Source of the DNA: Balanoglossus misakiensis
Taxonomy: Eukaryota > Animalia > Hemichordata
DNA length: 64,000 nucleotides
Reading direction: 5' to 3'
Assembly: GCA_040954595.2 (NCBI GenBank)
Contig: CM082579.2
Location: forward strand, 4,577,227-4,641,226
Shown: positions 29,701-42,416 of the stretch, piece by piece
Layout of the letters: each line of letters starts with the position of its first letter
How positions within the stretch are numbered: the stretch's first letter is position 1
Made by a program: the position numbers and the translations under genes
The notes under the pieces: model-generated
Databases searched by the model: none
Seen by the model: only the letters and a program-made list of their open reading frames with translations
Told to the model about the DNA's origin: nothing

Positions 29701-30684
29701 ATCGCACTTTTTACGATTCTCGCGAGTCTGCTATCGCGGCGGTTTTTGACATGTGCGTTCGCGTTGCTAAACGGTCTGAGAAACTCCCGTTCCGGCGATA
29801 ACGGGACATTGCTGCTAATAGATATGGCCGTTAAATCATCGAATGCTGGGTCCATTAACAGTGCAGAGGGCAGGTACTTTGCAAACTCTGGAAATGATAC
29901 ACTCGATCCAACTGACAGGCGATTCTGTGTCTATCTACTTTGGGGTGAAAACATATGCCAAGTGGTTCACGACCGAGACACTTTCAACTTTACCACTGCG
30001 ACTTTTACCTTTGTCAGAGAGTTAGATGTGCACGCCAAGAACTCTATCTATTGTACATAAGAAAATGCCCTTAAAGCTGAACTAAACATTTTTAAACAAA
30101 AGCAATGACTCGGACGTGTATGTTACATTCTAAACTTAGAACCCAGTTTACAGTATACCAAGTTGACGTTCGATATTTTAAACTTGAACGTTAAATCTCA
30201 AGTAACTCCAACTATTCCAACCTCACCTCTCAACGGCAATCGCCAGCAAGGTGTTCACGGACACGTAGAGCGAGACCATCTTGGAGGTGGCGGCCACCGT
30301 GCACATGGTCTGGCCGAAAATCCAGTCCTGCACCAGGTAGTAGTAGAGACTGAACGGGGCGCAGAAGAGGGCCACGAAGGCGTCGGAGATGGCCAGGCTG
30401 GCGATGAACAGGTTGGTCACCGTGCGCAGACGCTTCAGCCGGAAGATGGTCAGGCAGAGGAGAGCGTTGCCGAAGCCGCAGATGAGGAAGACCAGGATGA
30501 AGATGGCGGCCAGCACCACCTTGGCGGCGATGTGCACGTCCGGCAGGTAGTTGTAGTCGCCGTAGTAGTCGTCGTCGTACTCGGAGGACTTGTCGAAGAG
30601 CGACGGGTGCGCCTGCAGAAGGTGCAGCCAGCGCCGGTGCTGCTCCGTCAGGTTGCTGGCGTTGAGTAGATACATTTCCATCAT
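23799..30684 (-). CDS. Prokineticin-receptor-like class A GPCR, 388 aa, 2 coding exons
   Basis: Exons 30684-30227 and 24507-23799 total 1167 nt, with a phase-2 intron inside the Arg of ERY. It has seven hydrophobic segments and the motifs GN (TM1), LAISD (TM2), VSLYVSVNTLLAIAVERY and CWGP (TM6). NTVVF replaces NPxxY, as recalled for the PROKR1/PROKR2 family. Confidence 0.9.
24602..24642. repeat. Imperfect (GGT)n microsatellite
   Basis: Directly visible in the GPCR intron. Confidence 0.85.
27461..27540. mobile_element. 80-bp hairpin MITE with perfect 33-bp TIRs and a target-site duplication
   Basis: TAGTCTCGGTTACCCAGACCCCCCTGCTTCTTC (27461-27493) is the exact reverse complement of 27508-27540, with a 14-nt spacer. 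The element is flanked by the direct repeat ACATGCACT (27452-27460 and 27541-27549). Confidence 0.92.
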
Positions 30685-30917
30685 GGTTGCAGCCGTGCAA
30701 TCACGTCATCTTTTCATCCATGACGATCGAAGAAATGGAGAGGAACGTGGGGGAGTTATCTGTTCTCTTTACGTAGGAGTCGGTGTGACTGGTGGCAACA
30801 AGTCTAGGTATGATGGACGGCCAATAACAGTGCCAGGCTTACCTTCAGCGAAACAAGAGAACTCTCCAGAAAGTGAACGCACAGCACTCTAATGACGGCG
30901 CTAGCGGTCTGCCCAGC

Positions 30918-30924
30918 TTATATA
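30918..30924 (-). promoter_or_regulatory. Candidate TATA box of the GPCR gene
   Basis: TATATAA on the minus strand about 235 bp upstream of the ATG, followed by a GC-rich segment. Confidence 0.45.
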
Positions 30925-31631
30925 CAGTGAGTGCGCCACAGCGCGTGTATCAACATAATTCTTTCATCGTTTTCATATGCAGTGTCTGGGAGTGACGTAC
31001 ATTGGAGAGAAAAAAGGGGGCGCCAAAATTTTTGTTTCGCTTTGATCAAGCGTCATGACAAATCAAACCTGATGAAGTTGTCAGCACTGTCACATTTCTT
31101 TGGTCATCTTTAAAATCCATATACATAGAAATACAGTTGTCAATGAACGGGTCGTTTATCAAAACATCAAGGAGCTGGGGTCACGTGACAAAATGCTGAT
31201 TCAAGATTCAAATAGTCGTTTTCCTTGTAGACAAAAATAGTTAATTAAATTTATCCCCAAATCAAGAGTAATTAAGATATGCTCTCGTTGAATCTAGCTC
31301 CTTTTGCCTGAACAATGCGAATTTAGGTAGGTTCACGCAGACACGATGTCGACTCCATTCGTCCCCGATGGGGGCGTCCTTGAATGCACTTATCTTCACG
31401 CATTCAACTTCAGGGACGATTTGTTGTTGATTAACCTACGAATCAATCAAAAGCTTGACATTCGAACCTGATGATAGGCCCTGGGGCCCTGGACTCTGGG
31501 GCAACTGAATTACTTAACGTGTATTTTACACCAAAGATAGTCGGAATCACTTCGTTTGAAACTGGAAGATGTGATTTTCCGCTCATTGCCAGATCTCGCG
31601 AGACTTTGTTAAATACCGTGGCAACGTGCTG

Positions 31632-31707
31632 GTCACGTGAGAATATCGTCCCGATGCCTAGCCACGCGAGATCTCACAGGGTGTCATGGAGTTCCGAAAA
31701 AGGTCTG
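31632..31707 (-). repeat. Dispersed short repeat, copy 2 of 3
   Basis: Reverse complement of the 2048-2130 element (...GCCACGCGAGATCTCAC...GGAGTTCCGAAAAAGGTCT). Confidence 0.7.
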
Positions 31708-34445
31708 GAGAAGCCCAACTTTAAGCCATCGCATTTGAATGTCTCGAAGAGGGTTACTGTTGACCGCTTTGTTACAAGTTGTGACCTGTTACGATATTAC
31801 CTGTTCACCTTTAATGAAGGAAACAGAAGACGAGCTAGGGGCGCTCGATTTCTGTGTCTTCGTGACTTCAAACAAACCGTATTTGTATGCACAGGCGTTT
31901 TTTCCAACAACTTTGCTCCTACAGTGAATAAATCATCAGGCTATCGTTTCTGCTTGCGGGATCTCCCATTTCCCACACCGAAACTTATCTCGGTGCCTGG
32001 GTGCCACTGAACAACCCTGGACGACCCATCCCTCTCAATTTTGATTTAAAAGCAATGTATCTAACGTGTTTATTCTCAACTCCTGGTCAATACACCAAAG
32101 AGCCGTGGTTCGGCTCCTCGTTGTAAGGGTCCTCATGAGATATAGAGTGTAATGGGGCACGCTGAAATCTCTGTTTTTTATGTAAGACTTCAAAAAGCCG
32201 ATAGCAACGCCGGTCCCTCCTTTGAACTGATCCGGTTACTTCTGTAAAACTTAAGAGCTTTAGTTCTCCGTCGGGTTCCAAAACGGAATAGTGACCACGA
32301 GATACCTTCGTTATTATTCAGCGGAAGACAAGGCAAATTTGAAAGCCCTAAACCTAAAACGGCCCAGCGGCTATTATGGAAACTTTCAGCGATTCCTTTA
32401 ATACCCGGTCGTGGCAATATCTTGAAAGCAAATATAGATGACATGTAACCGGAAGCAAGGTCGAATCGTGTATGACTATGATTATTGACCCCCGAGACAG
32501 AAATGGGGCAGGTGTACTTTATACCACATTCTCCCACCGGGAAAGGCGCCCAACAGGCAAATGGCGGTAATGGGTCTGTCACGTGACCACCAGATTCCCG
32601 GAAATGCTAATAGATTCCCTTTCTTGATCAATAAATAAAGATTGTGTATTTGCGATGGTTTACTTGGGACTTTTTCTTGACAACAGCATGCAAAGTTCAT
32701 GTTAAGCACAGTTAATGCATACGTCGTAATGTGGTAAATTTTAAAAGAAACAACATATTCACACTTTCACAGAATTGCATTTGAGTGAACGTACACTCCA
32801 GCTGTAAACATATTTTCTACGAACTTGATATCTTGGGCCTACTCCGTATGCGTTGAGATTTTTCCAAAGGATGTTAGCCGAGCACAGCTACGAGGCAGTC
32901 AGACGCTGTATAGCCAGGGTTCTCCCATCTGCTCTGAAGGAAACACATCTATTGGACGGGAACAGCACTGCGTACCGTCCCTTTTATCAGTTACTATACT
33001 AGTGTGTGGTTTACACAAGATTACGTGTCCCAGACTCATGTGCAGATAATACCCTTATCAACGCCAAGAAGGCGGCTTATATACGGCGGGGGCACACTGC
33101 GGTAACACGGCACAGGAATCGCTGACTCAGCTCAACAGTGAACATTCATTAAAGTGGTCTTCCAGATGGCCAGTCAAACGTTATCAAAAACTCGCTCCCT
33201 ATCCCATCACCAGATAGCTAAAATAAAACATGCACTTTTGACAAATTTTCAATTGTGACCCATTCGCCTGGCGCTAAAATATGCACAATTGTTTTCTATT
33301 CATGATGTCACGTGAAAACGCCAGGATTAAAGGGCCTTAGTTTCTGTCAAAGGCCCATATTTAAGAAGCGCCCCCCCCCCCACCTGAGTGCCCTTTGCAG
33401 AGCCCTAAAATGAGTATACTATTGCTTGGACGTCCAAGCTCAAACTGCAAACCGTGAAAATTAAGTTGCAACGCCGGTTAAAGTTGACGCAGGCGCAATT
33501 CTGTCAACCGACTCCTTGCATGTAGACAGGAAATCTCTACTGCATGACCATCTTAATCTTGCAAAATCTGACAACCTGACGGCCAGTATTTCAAAACCAG
33601 AAAAAGCCGCAAAGCTTTCCATTTCATGATAAGATAAACCTAGACCGCAATCGAACAAAAATGTTTGAGTGCTTCAGCAACGTTCATTGCTTTTGGGCAT
33701 TTCTCTCTTGTCGACACTGTGTTTATTCGCCGATAAGGAAGGGCATTTGAAAGCACGTTCGGTAAAAAGTTTACCGCAATTTCATCCGACACCGTTGCGA
33801 CTTTATATGCGGCGCTATAAACGCCCCAAACGTTATGTGTCGCAGTTATGCAAAAGACATGAAAGACGTGTTTTACAGCCATCGTATACCTTACAGCCAC
33901 AACATCAGTGGAGTGTGACTCATACACTATTGATTTTTTCACTACGCTTCCACAGATATTGTAGACTGTGTCTAAAAGGGTTTGAAATGAATCTCTGGAG
34001 TATATGACGACTACTGCTTGGTACAGACAGTTTATTGAATACAAACCTCTCTGACAACACGTATAGATTATGCATCTCGCATGAAAGTCGATTCTAATCC
34101 TAAGGGCGGCCCTATTAAACTTTCATTTGCAATGTCGATTAAATAACGTTGAAGGGGTAGGGTTGCGAACACTCCTACGCCAGCTAGCATGGGTAGAAAG
34201 ACCCTCGATCCATTTTAATCACGAGTATAAAGTGTTGTCTTGTCAGGTGTCATGGCTCAATATCAATAGAATTGGAACAATGTAAACTCAGAGGATTAGG
34301 CAATGAATAATATACATATACATATACATGTGTTTGTGTAAATCGTGTAGTGACGCTGTGAGTATGGGGAGAACACCGCCCAAACCAGATTCATGTCTTT
34401 ATTTGGTTATTGTTCGCGTTTTATTATTTAGTGAATGGCAGCATA

Positions 34446-34454
34446 TTGTTGTAG

Positions 34455-34489
<35 letters not shown>

Positions 34490-34490
34490 G
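34446..34490. repeat. (GTT)n microsatellite
   Basis: Directly visible. Confidence 0.92.
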
Positions 34491-35853
34491 GCTTCCCTGC
34501 AGTGTTGATCAGACACAACCGCCATCTCAATACAGGACAGCACTAAATTCTAAACTCTGTTTCCGTACTGCAAAAAACACCGGGGGTGGGGATAGTGTTG
34601 TGAATTTGTCGCTTTTTGTCGGAAAGCTGTTCACAGTTCGTCGAATGTCTCGCTGACGGAATTATCAAAATGGCCAATCAGCGGAGATGTCGACATTCGT
34701 GATCAACGTTGACGCGTTTAATCTCCGCTGAACGTTATCGGGGCTTTTGACAGCTTTGCACTTCTCAAGGGGCGAAAGCGCCTTAACTCACTTCCCGGAA
34801 AATATAAAGTTATCAGGCTGGCAGAGGCCGCTCCTTTCTCAATCAAGGCGCCGGCGGGCAAGAAAATCACATTACGTCGAGTTCCATCGACTGTTTGTAT
34901 AAATCTTACTTGCCCGAGTGTAAATCTACACCAGGCGATAACAAGGCCGCGATCGCCGACGAAGGACACTTGACGAATTACATGTACATCCATTGTCTTT
35001 GTCGTATTGAAATCAGAATCGGTTCCGTCTTCGTCGACACTTTAATGGGGTGGCTATCAGCGTTTTCGCCAGTTAACAGTCGAGGCTGGGTTATTTGAGG
35101 AGATACCAGCCAGGGGGAAAACGATAGAACACTGAAAAACCAGGTCATACAGGACAGTGGAATCGTGCATTTATATATGGCGGTGGCGTGATCGTACCCC
35201 TTCTTCGAACAACCACCGCGTGAAATGGATGGATGACAATCATTGGGACCAATTCGCTTTCTTTTTAGACTTTTGACGGTATTTCTGTAGGGGTGTCATT
35301 GATATTTGCCCGCAAACTCCCAGTTATCATTAAACACCCAAATATTTACATGACATGATTTAGTCATTACCCGAAATTGCCTTGAAAACATTGTATGCCT
35401 ACAGGCATGGTGCAATGTCAACGGTTAGCAACTAAATGATGATAGCGTCTAGTAAGTAAATACCAGACCAGACAAGACTGAATTTTGACGTGAATCGCAG
35501 TTCATCAACATTTGTTTAACGTGAACTTAAGTCGGAGGTGCACACCCCCTAAATTTCACACATTTGTCCTTTTCTCATGGTTCCTGACACAAGATCGGAA
35601 TGAGCACATGATCGGAATGTGTACAATTAATTATCCTACAGTAAGTGTGTTCACATGTGCTGTGTTATGGATGCCGGGTGATTGATCGAAATCCGGGCCT
35701 CCATTAAGTGGTGAACGCAGATGGTCACACTTATGATCTGGTGCGGAATCAGTGCCCTAACTCTACAGTGCGTGATGTCGATGCCACTGGGCGACTCACG
35801 CTCACGGCGAATGGGACAGGCGAGACGGAGCCTCAGTACACACACCTCAGGAA

Positions 35854-35935
35854 TAAACCATTTTCCGAACTCCGCGAGACCCAACGAGATCTCGCGTAGT
35901 TAGGCAGTTTATGTGGGAGTACATTCTCATATGAT
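35854..35935 (+). repeat. Dispersed short repeat, copy 3 of 3
   Basis: ACCATTTTCCGAACTCCGCGAGACCCAACGAGATCTCGCGTAGTTAGGCA...ACATTCTC matches 2048-2130. Confidence 0.75.
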
Positions 35936-38685
35936 ACTAAACTCTGCTCCTATACTAATTTCATACAAAGCTTGGCATGTATTACCTGACTAGATCTGCT
36001 GATTTCTCCTCGGGATTACCATCACTGGCATGGGGTTGTGCGCTGCACGTCGCCATTACGCTTTTTAAGTGTAGATCTTATATGTTTAATGTACTGCACA
36101 GCCCCGGATTATACCCGCTTAGACGTTTAATCTTCAGACTACTCTGAAGTCTGTCTCAACTGTCCATGTAAATGGGCAGAGATGCGTTTGCAGTAGGCCG
36201 TGAAGGCTTACAAGCTCATTAATTTCCTGGGTTGTTAGTCTCAACGATTGATCTTTTGCCAAATGCAGATGTTCTACGATAAACCCCTGAGCCCTTTTAC
36301 TTCACATGGTTGATTTAATTTCACTGACATTCTGTGCAAACTAAACTAAACTAAACTCACATCCGCTGAATTACATGCAGAGACCGCCGACGAACAGAGA
36401 TAACCCCGGTGTAAAAAGTCGTAGTTCTGTGATTTCGCAAAAAAGACACGACGCCATTATGACATTTAATCATCAAATTAATGCACTTCTGCTGTTCGCC
36501 ATGCACTTAGGTTGGATTTTATCTTTGCATCATGGTAGGATCCTTACGCAGTTCGGCGATATTTTAGTCAATTTTGTCGTTGCTCATCAATCTGCAGAAA
36601 AATGCCAACTGCAACAGCATATAGAATACGTAAAATAAAATCGTGCGAATTCGTATTCCAAGATCCTTGCTGTTGCCCTTGGCGATTGTTTCTTGTCTGT
36701 GTTTACCACTAAATCCGAAGGTCGTCTTGGTATAAGTCCACTCTATTTTTATGTATAGCCGTAAGGAAAATCGAGTATTTGTGTCGAGTATCAACCAAAG
36801 TATTATTGGCTTACGTCGTCGATGGTGGGTGGTTTTACTCAACGTTTGCACTTTTTTCAATCCACTTTGGAAGCATTAGCTGCAATCCCTAATAGTCATG
36901 CGGGTTTCAAATACTCTCGCGGTTCCTTCCTCGAATGTTTCTTTTTTTTCTCCGGCGCGCGTCTTAATTTTTCCTGCCCATTGCAAAATGCAAACTAAAC
37001 CCGTTCCAAAATTAAAACGAAATCATTTATACCCCTTTCTAAAATTAAAAAAAAAATACAAATAATAACAAAATAACCGACGGGTGGCTTTCTTGGATCA
37101 TTTCTCAAACCAAATGTTAAATTTGTTCCCAAACTTGCATACATGGCGATAAAGGTTTGATCTCAACGAGTCTGAGACGCAAACTGAGTATTCTTTGAAA
37201 CTGGAATGGGGTTGTTCATCTGCGGAAACGCTAATCTGGCCTCTCTAGATCTTCGAGAACATGGTCTTAAAAGGAATGTGCGAGGCTGAGGGGGAAATTA
37301 CCCTCACAATCATGTACATGTAGAATATAGATAGTACTTCCCACTGTGTTGATAATAAGAGCCCAGGCTCTATTGTGATGCCGCTAGCTGCGTCTTGCCG
37401 AGCGAGCCGTCCTCTTTCTTGAGAGTCAGGATTCCCAGCATATACCCCGGATATATGCATGTCTTTACTATAAAGGGAAACATCAGAAATATTTTCAGGG
37501 TAGCCAGTTGATTCAAAGAAACATGCTGATGATTTTTAGATATGTCTCGCTTTAAACCTGCATTTAACAATAAATATAGTGATTTACATATTATTGCTAT
37601 GATTGGTAACTTAAATTTTCAGCCGGGGTTCCCTGGTATATATTTTACTAGTTTTGTCATATACCTTGAGAGAGTTGGGTTTGGGAAATCTGTCAAATGA
37701 GAGCGTTAAGTATACATTAATTGCAAGGAAATGTTCTGATTTGTAATCAAACGGCAACACACTTTGTTTGGGTACGAACTGGCCTTCGGCAAATACAAGC
37801 GACATTCATTTGAAATTGTAAGTATGTGGTGATTGAATTCGATATCCTGTTTACTCCGAGCCATCTTTTTAAAAATGCAACCTCCCCCGAATAACAATAT
37901 TCATTCTTCGGGCAAGTCTGTACAGTCTTTTTTTTTTTTTACTTTAGTTTTGGAAGGAAAGCGGACAAAATACGGATAGGTACTAGGCTAACACAATGTG
38001 CCCAACTATGTTCATTTTTGAGTCGCTTGGCTGTCGGTGATTCAAGTTGGACTTGAGAGGGCGCGATCGTATGACACGTCGCTGCGTTTACTTTCTCAGA
38101 CTAGCTACAGGCGCGGCTAACAGCCAGCGGTAGAAATGGGGCAGCAATGTCGCCATGCGAAGGATGACTTGAGTTTTGTGGATATTTATCTGAATACATG
38201 AATCCGAAATTTACTATGCTTTGACCTTCGTTTGTTTCATTTTACTGAGAGAGCAGCTTCTCCAAGCAATTGCTGTTGGCTAACGTATATCATTACGCAC
38301 ACGAAAACCAAGTCTGGAAGCGCCACCAACGCTGAACTATTGGTATTGAGTTCAAAGGTCGAAGGTCACCAACAAAAACAAGCCATTTGAAAGTGAATCA
38401 TGCGCTTGTTGTCCCTGGTGCTAAATCACACCTTTCCTATTAATTGGAAACGAATTTTTGTGTTTTAGTCGGATCGCCCTGGAAATTCGGCTGCCGAAGA
38501 GTCCACCGTTGGGCGTCATCGAGTGAAGAATCAGTGAAATTTCGCTGGGTTACTTTTATGTTGTACGTGAGTCGATCGTCGTAACATTCCTCTTGTGGTT
38601 GTTCGCAGTTCAGTGTGTGTATACATTCGACATAAACTAAGTGGCCCTTGAAACTGGCACCATGGTAACAAAAACGTGAATACGT

Positions 38686-40606
38686 ATGGATTTGGAATTA
38701 ACGGTAAGGAAACACAATTACCATACGAATACGTGCTAAATCAAGCCATTATATACTGAAGAGGCAATCACATGTAATGGCATCTGTATCAGTTTCCACA
38801 CTGTCTATTAATCCGTGTCAAAATTATACTTTAGGAATACCTTGAGTATCACATTGCTGCGCAGACAGTTGTTGAACATTTGACCCCGTTGCCAGCCTAC
38901 TTTAGCGTCTGATTATATCCAATAGCATAACTAGAGCCAGAGTGGGATCTCCTTTGACAGTCTAGCAAAGGGGACAATCCCCTGTTGATGCCATCCTGGA
39001 CGGAACACTGCAAATATGAGTGTGGTGGGGTCGTTGGTCACAAGAAGCGTCCATTACAACAGGTTCTGTCTTCCACTCACAGCAGAGTCTCACAAACCCA
39101 GGGAGTGGCAGCACGGATGAAGAGAGGCCGGAGAACGAGCAACAGGCCGACGGACACGACGACGGGAATAATGGGACGGAATTAAACTCGGCACCGCCGC
39201 CGTACAACGGGCAGATCCCGACAGATGATGGTAGGTCACGTCGACCTTCAGTTTGCATGTTTTGCCTTGTGGTCATGTGCGCAGCTGTGGTGTTTCAATT
39301 TGGTCGCATCAGTTCAAAAGTAATAACTAACACAAGCCAGGTTGATCTGATTTTTTTATAGAACCACCACCTCCCTACGAAGAAATCTATGAAAATGACG
39401 AAAGCGGGCAGACTAGCCGAGCGGCAGAGAACGGCGAGGTGCAACGACCTTTGAACTCGCGTGTAGAAGAAAATGTTCGTCATCCTGGACAGGCGGATAA
39501 CTCAGGATGCCGGCTACCGAAGACATTTGAGGACTGGATGGAGATGCTTGATAACTCTATCCTTCGGAAAGGTATGGAAAAAAAATTGTTGGCCTAAAAC
39601 TGACAGAAATGGACCCAAATGTTTAGTTTAACACTCTCGCTCCCCCTGGAAGATTGCACGATCAATTTTCCTGTTTGCAAGCCACACACTCACATGACCT
39701 AATGGTATAATTGTTTTTGTTTTTCTCTATGCTACACAGGAGGTGGCTACACTTTCATGGCTATGATGATACTGCTTGCTATACCCAACATCTGGTTTGG
39801 TGAGTACCAAGTAGTTGTGTATTGTTTGTGTGTGATAACAGGGCTGGGTTCAGGGAGATATACCCAGACTCCATGATTCACTTGAATGTTACCTCTGTGC
39901 AGGATTAAGAAATCTTGAACTTCGGATTGCATTGGTACAAAAAGACATGGCCTTATACCATTTTCTTCCATATTTTTGGCAACAGGGTCCATGTTCAAGA
40001 ATGACTGTCCTGCAGCGCCCTCTGTGCCGGTTCACCTGATTGCCAGCGGTTGGCTGGGCATGTTGAGCTTGGGGATATTGCTGATTGAGTTCTATGTGGT
40101 CAGGAGGGAGTACTGCAGCAAGGCCAAGAGCTACTGCATCAACTTTGTTTTGTTCTTCATTCTGCTTGGATGGTATGTTTATGGTAAGTGCCAAGAAAAT
40201 GGTCGAATGTTTCACCTCTCACAACTGGTATTTGGTTGGAAGGGTTAAAGACTGTGATTATCAAGGTGGAAACTAAGATAGAGGAAAAAGTATTGTAACT
40301 CAAGACATCCCCTTTGAGGTCACTCAGTGCCATGTCGTTTTGTGATCTCTTCCAGGCAACATTCTGGCGGGAGAGTTCTACAAACTGTTCCGGGACGAGG
40401 AAGAACGAGAGATACCCGGCTCCCACCTGCACTACATCTTCTCCCCGCCTCCGCATCTGTGCCGGGCGTCCGTCTTCTCGCTCTTCTTCTGGTCGCAGAT
40501 AACGGTCAACGTGCTCTGGCTTCTCTGGATAATGCTGGCCATGACCAAGTACTTCTGCAAGTCGGCCGTCCCCGGGATGTGCCGCGCGCGCAGCACGAGA
40601 GTGTGA
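38686..40606 (+). CDS. TMEM272-like four-TM protein, paralogue A, 294 aa
   Basis: Exons 38686-38703, 39083-39230, 39362-39571, 39740-39799, 39986-40183 and 40356-40606 total 885 nt. Motifs: PPPY, PPPPYEEI, GSMFKNDCPAAPSVPVHL, WYVYGN, CRASVFSLFFW. It ends STRV*. The first exon is the least certain. Confidence 0.82.
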
Positions 40607-42416
40607 GGCCGGTAACCGTAGAAACGTGGTTGTGTTGAGTTACAAACATGCCAGAGAGAGTACAAGTGTAATTCGGGAAACTGTCTGAAAAAAGAATTAT
40701 CTGCTTTTCTTTGTAGAGTGTTAGTTGAACTTGAAATTTTGTGACACTGCCATACTATCTGTACTCATTTTAGTCAGACATATGTTATTCCATTAATTTA
40801 TTGTTTTATGTTTTCTTGCTATCCATACATAATGTATGAGTCAGTTGTTTTGAGGTTTACATATAAAGGTACATGCTACCATTTTGTCACATGTACTACG
40901 TTTATGTTTTGAAGTTTCAGGTCAAATACCACTGTCCAGTTTCTCAAAATAAAAGTTTAAACTTTTAGATATTGTACAGTGAAATTTACTGACATGCGTT
41001 GCAGATTCATCGCTTGAGGGCGCTCTTCCTGAAGCTCCTTTCGTTCATGTCTACCAAAATACGTACGTCCTTGTACAGTTTTACATGCGCTTGTGTCAAT
41101 TTTAATCAGTCTCTGATCTTCAGTGTTTTAGTTTAAATATATTCTCTTACATATTGTATTTATGGCTGTTGTATTTTTTGACTGGGAAAAAAGGAGGCTT
41201 AATTTATGAACTCGGCTATACCTTACACTTTGAATTTTGTAATTCCCTTTACAATCTATTCTGTGCAGCTGATTCTGAGAAATGTTTGTTGTTGTTGTTG
41301 TTGTTATTGTTATACCAGTGTCCAGAAAATTTACTCTCTGCTAAAGTTGTCAATAAGTATAAGTAAACTATGTATTTACTTATAAAAATTGGATATGATT
41401 GCTGAAATGAGCTTATTTTTGACAGAAATATACTTTTCATCATGATTCTGAAAGGCTGAACGGGGAGGGGGGAAATGAAAAAAATAGTGTAAAACATTTG
41501 ATATATTGCACTTAAGTGATGAACTTCTGGGATAATAAACTATCTTTGTAAATGTCCATGTGGTTTTCCCATGTTGTCAATCTAATGGTTTTAATGTCAA
41601 AATTGCAAATATAGCCATATTCAGCATTCTCATATAATGAAACGGACCACAATAACCACAGCCAGCTTGGGCTGTGGCATGGCTTCCAACACTACGTGTG
41701 CCCTCAATCAACATTCATACTGTATATTCAATAGTGTTTGCCATGAGACAACAATTTCTATTACGCAAGCTGCTTATACACAGAGACAGAATTATATATA
41801 GCTTTCCACGACCGGTAGTGTTCTACAGATTTCAAACCTCTGATCATACTCCGTATTGAGAACGTTTATTCTCATAGAAAGCCCTGTCATTAAATTTGAT
41901 AAATCACAAAATGTATGTTGACTGTTTTATAAATACGAATGAGGGAATTAGAGCACGCCGCCTTGCGACAAATCGTCTGCTAGCTCAACAAACGCGTACC
42001 GTAATCGATGTGTGGAGGAGGCCCAAAGAGGGCGCTATCCAATTGCCTTTGACACTTAACAACCTGATCACAATAGCTTAAAACACGGTGTGTCTGCATG
42101 CCTAGACTGTCATCGTCGCGAATTTCCGTTAAAGCATCCAGGGCGAACGCCAGGTACATGATAACTCGCCGAAGGGAGACGGGCGAGCTTTGTCTTTCAC
42201 ATTTCTCGTCGAGACGCGGGTCGGTAGATGATACCTTCAGTTTGAAAACGGAATATTATTACACGCGATACGTCAGAAAATATCACAAATCTACCGCAGT
42301 CGAATTTATTCTACATCTGTCCGAGGTATTATAATTTTTCAAGATGGCGGGCTGTAGGATGTCAGCATCACGTCTGGAGCCCCGAAATATCTCCAGTGGC
42401 AACGCACATTAAAACA

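Noticed and set aside
32087-33050. ORF-rich intergenic stretch with a YELDILGL word reminiscent of RTE endonuclease
   Set aside because: Motif spacing is wrong, there are multiple stops, and no other LINE motifs are present.
38961-39082. Alternative acceptor at 38960 for paralogue A exon 2
   Set aside because: It leads to a stop codon. The 39083 acceptor restores the frame and the exon plan shared by all four paralogues.
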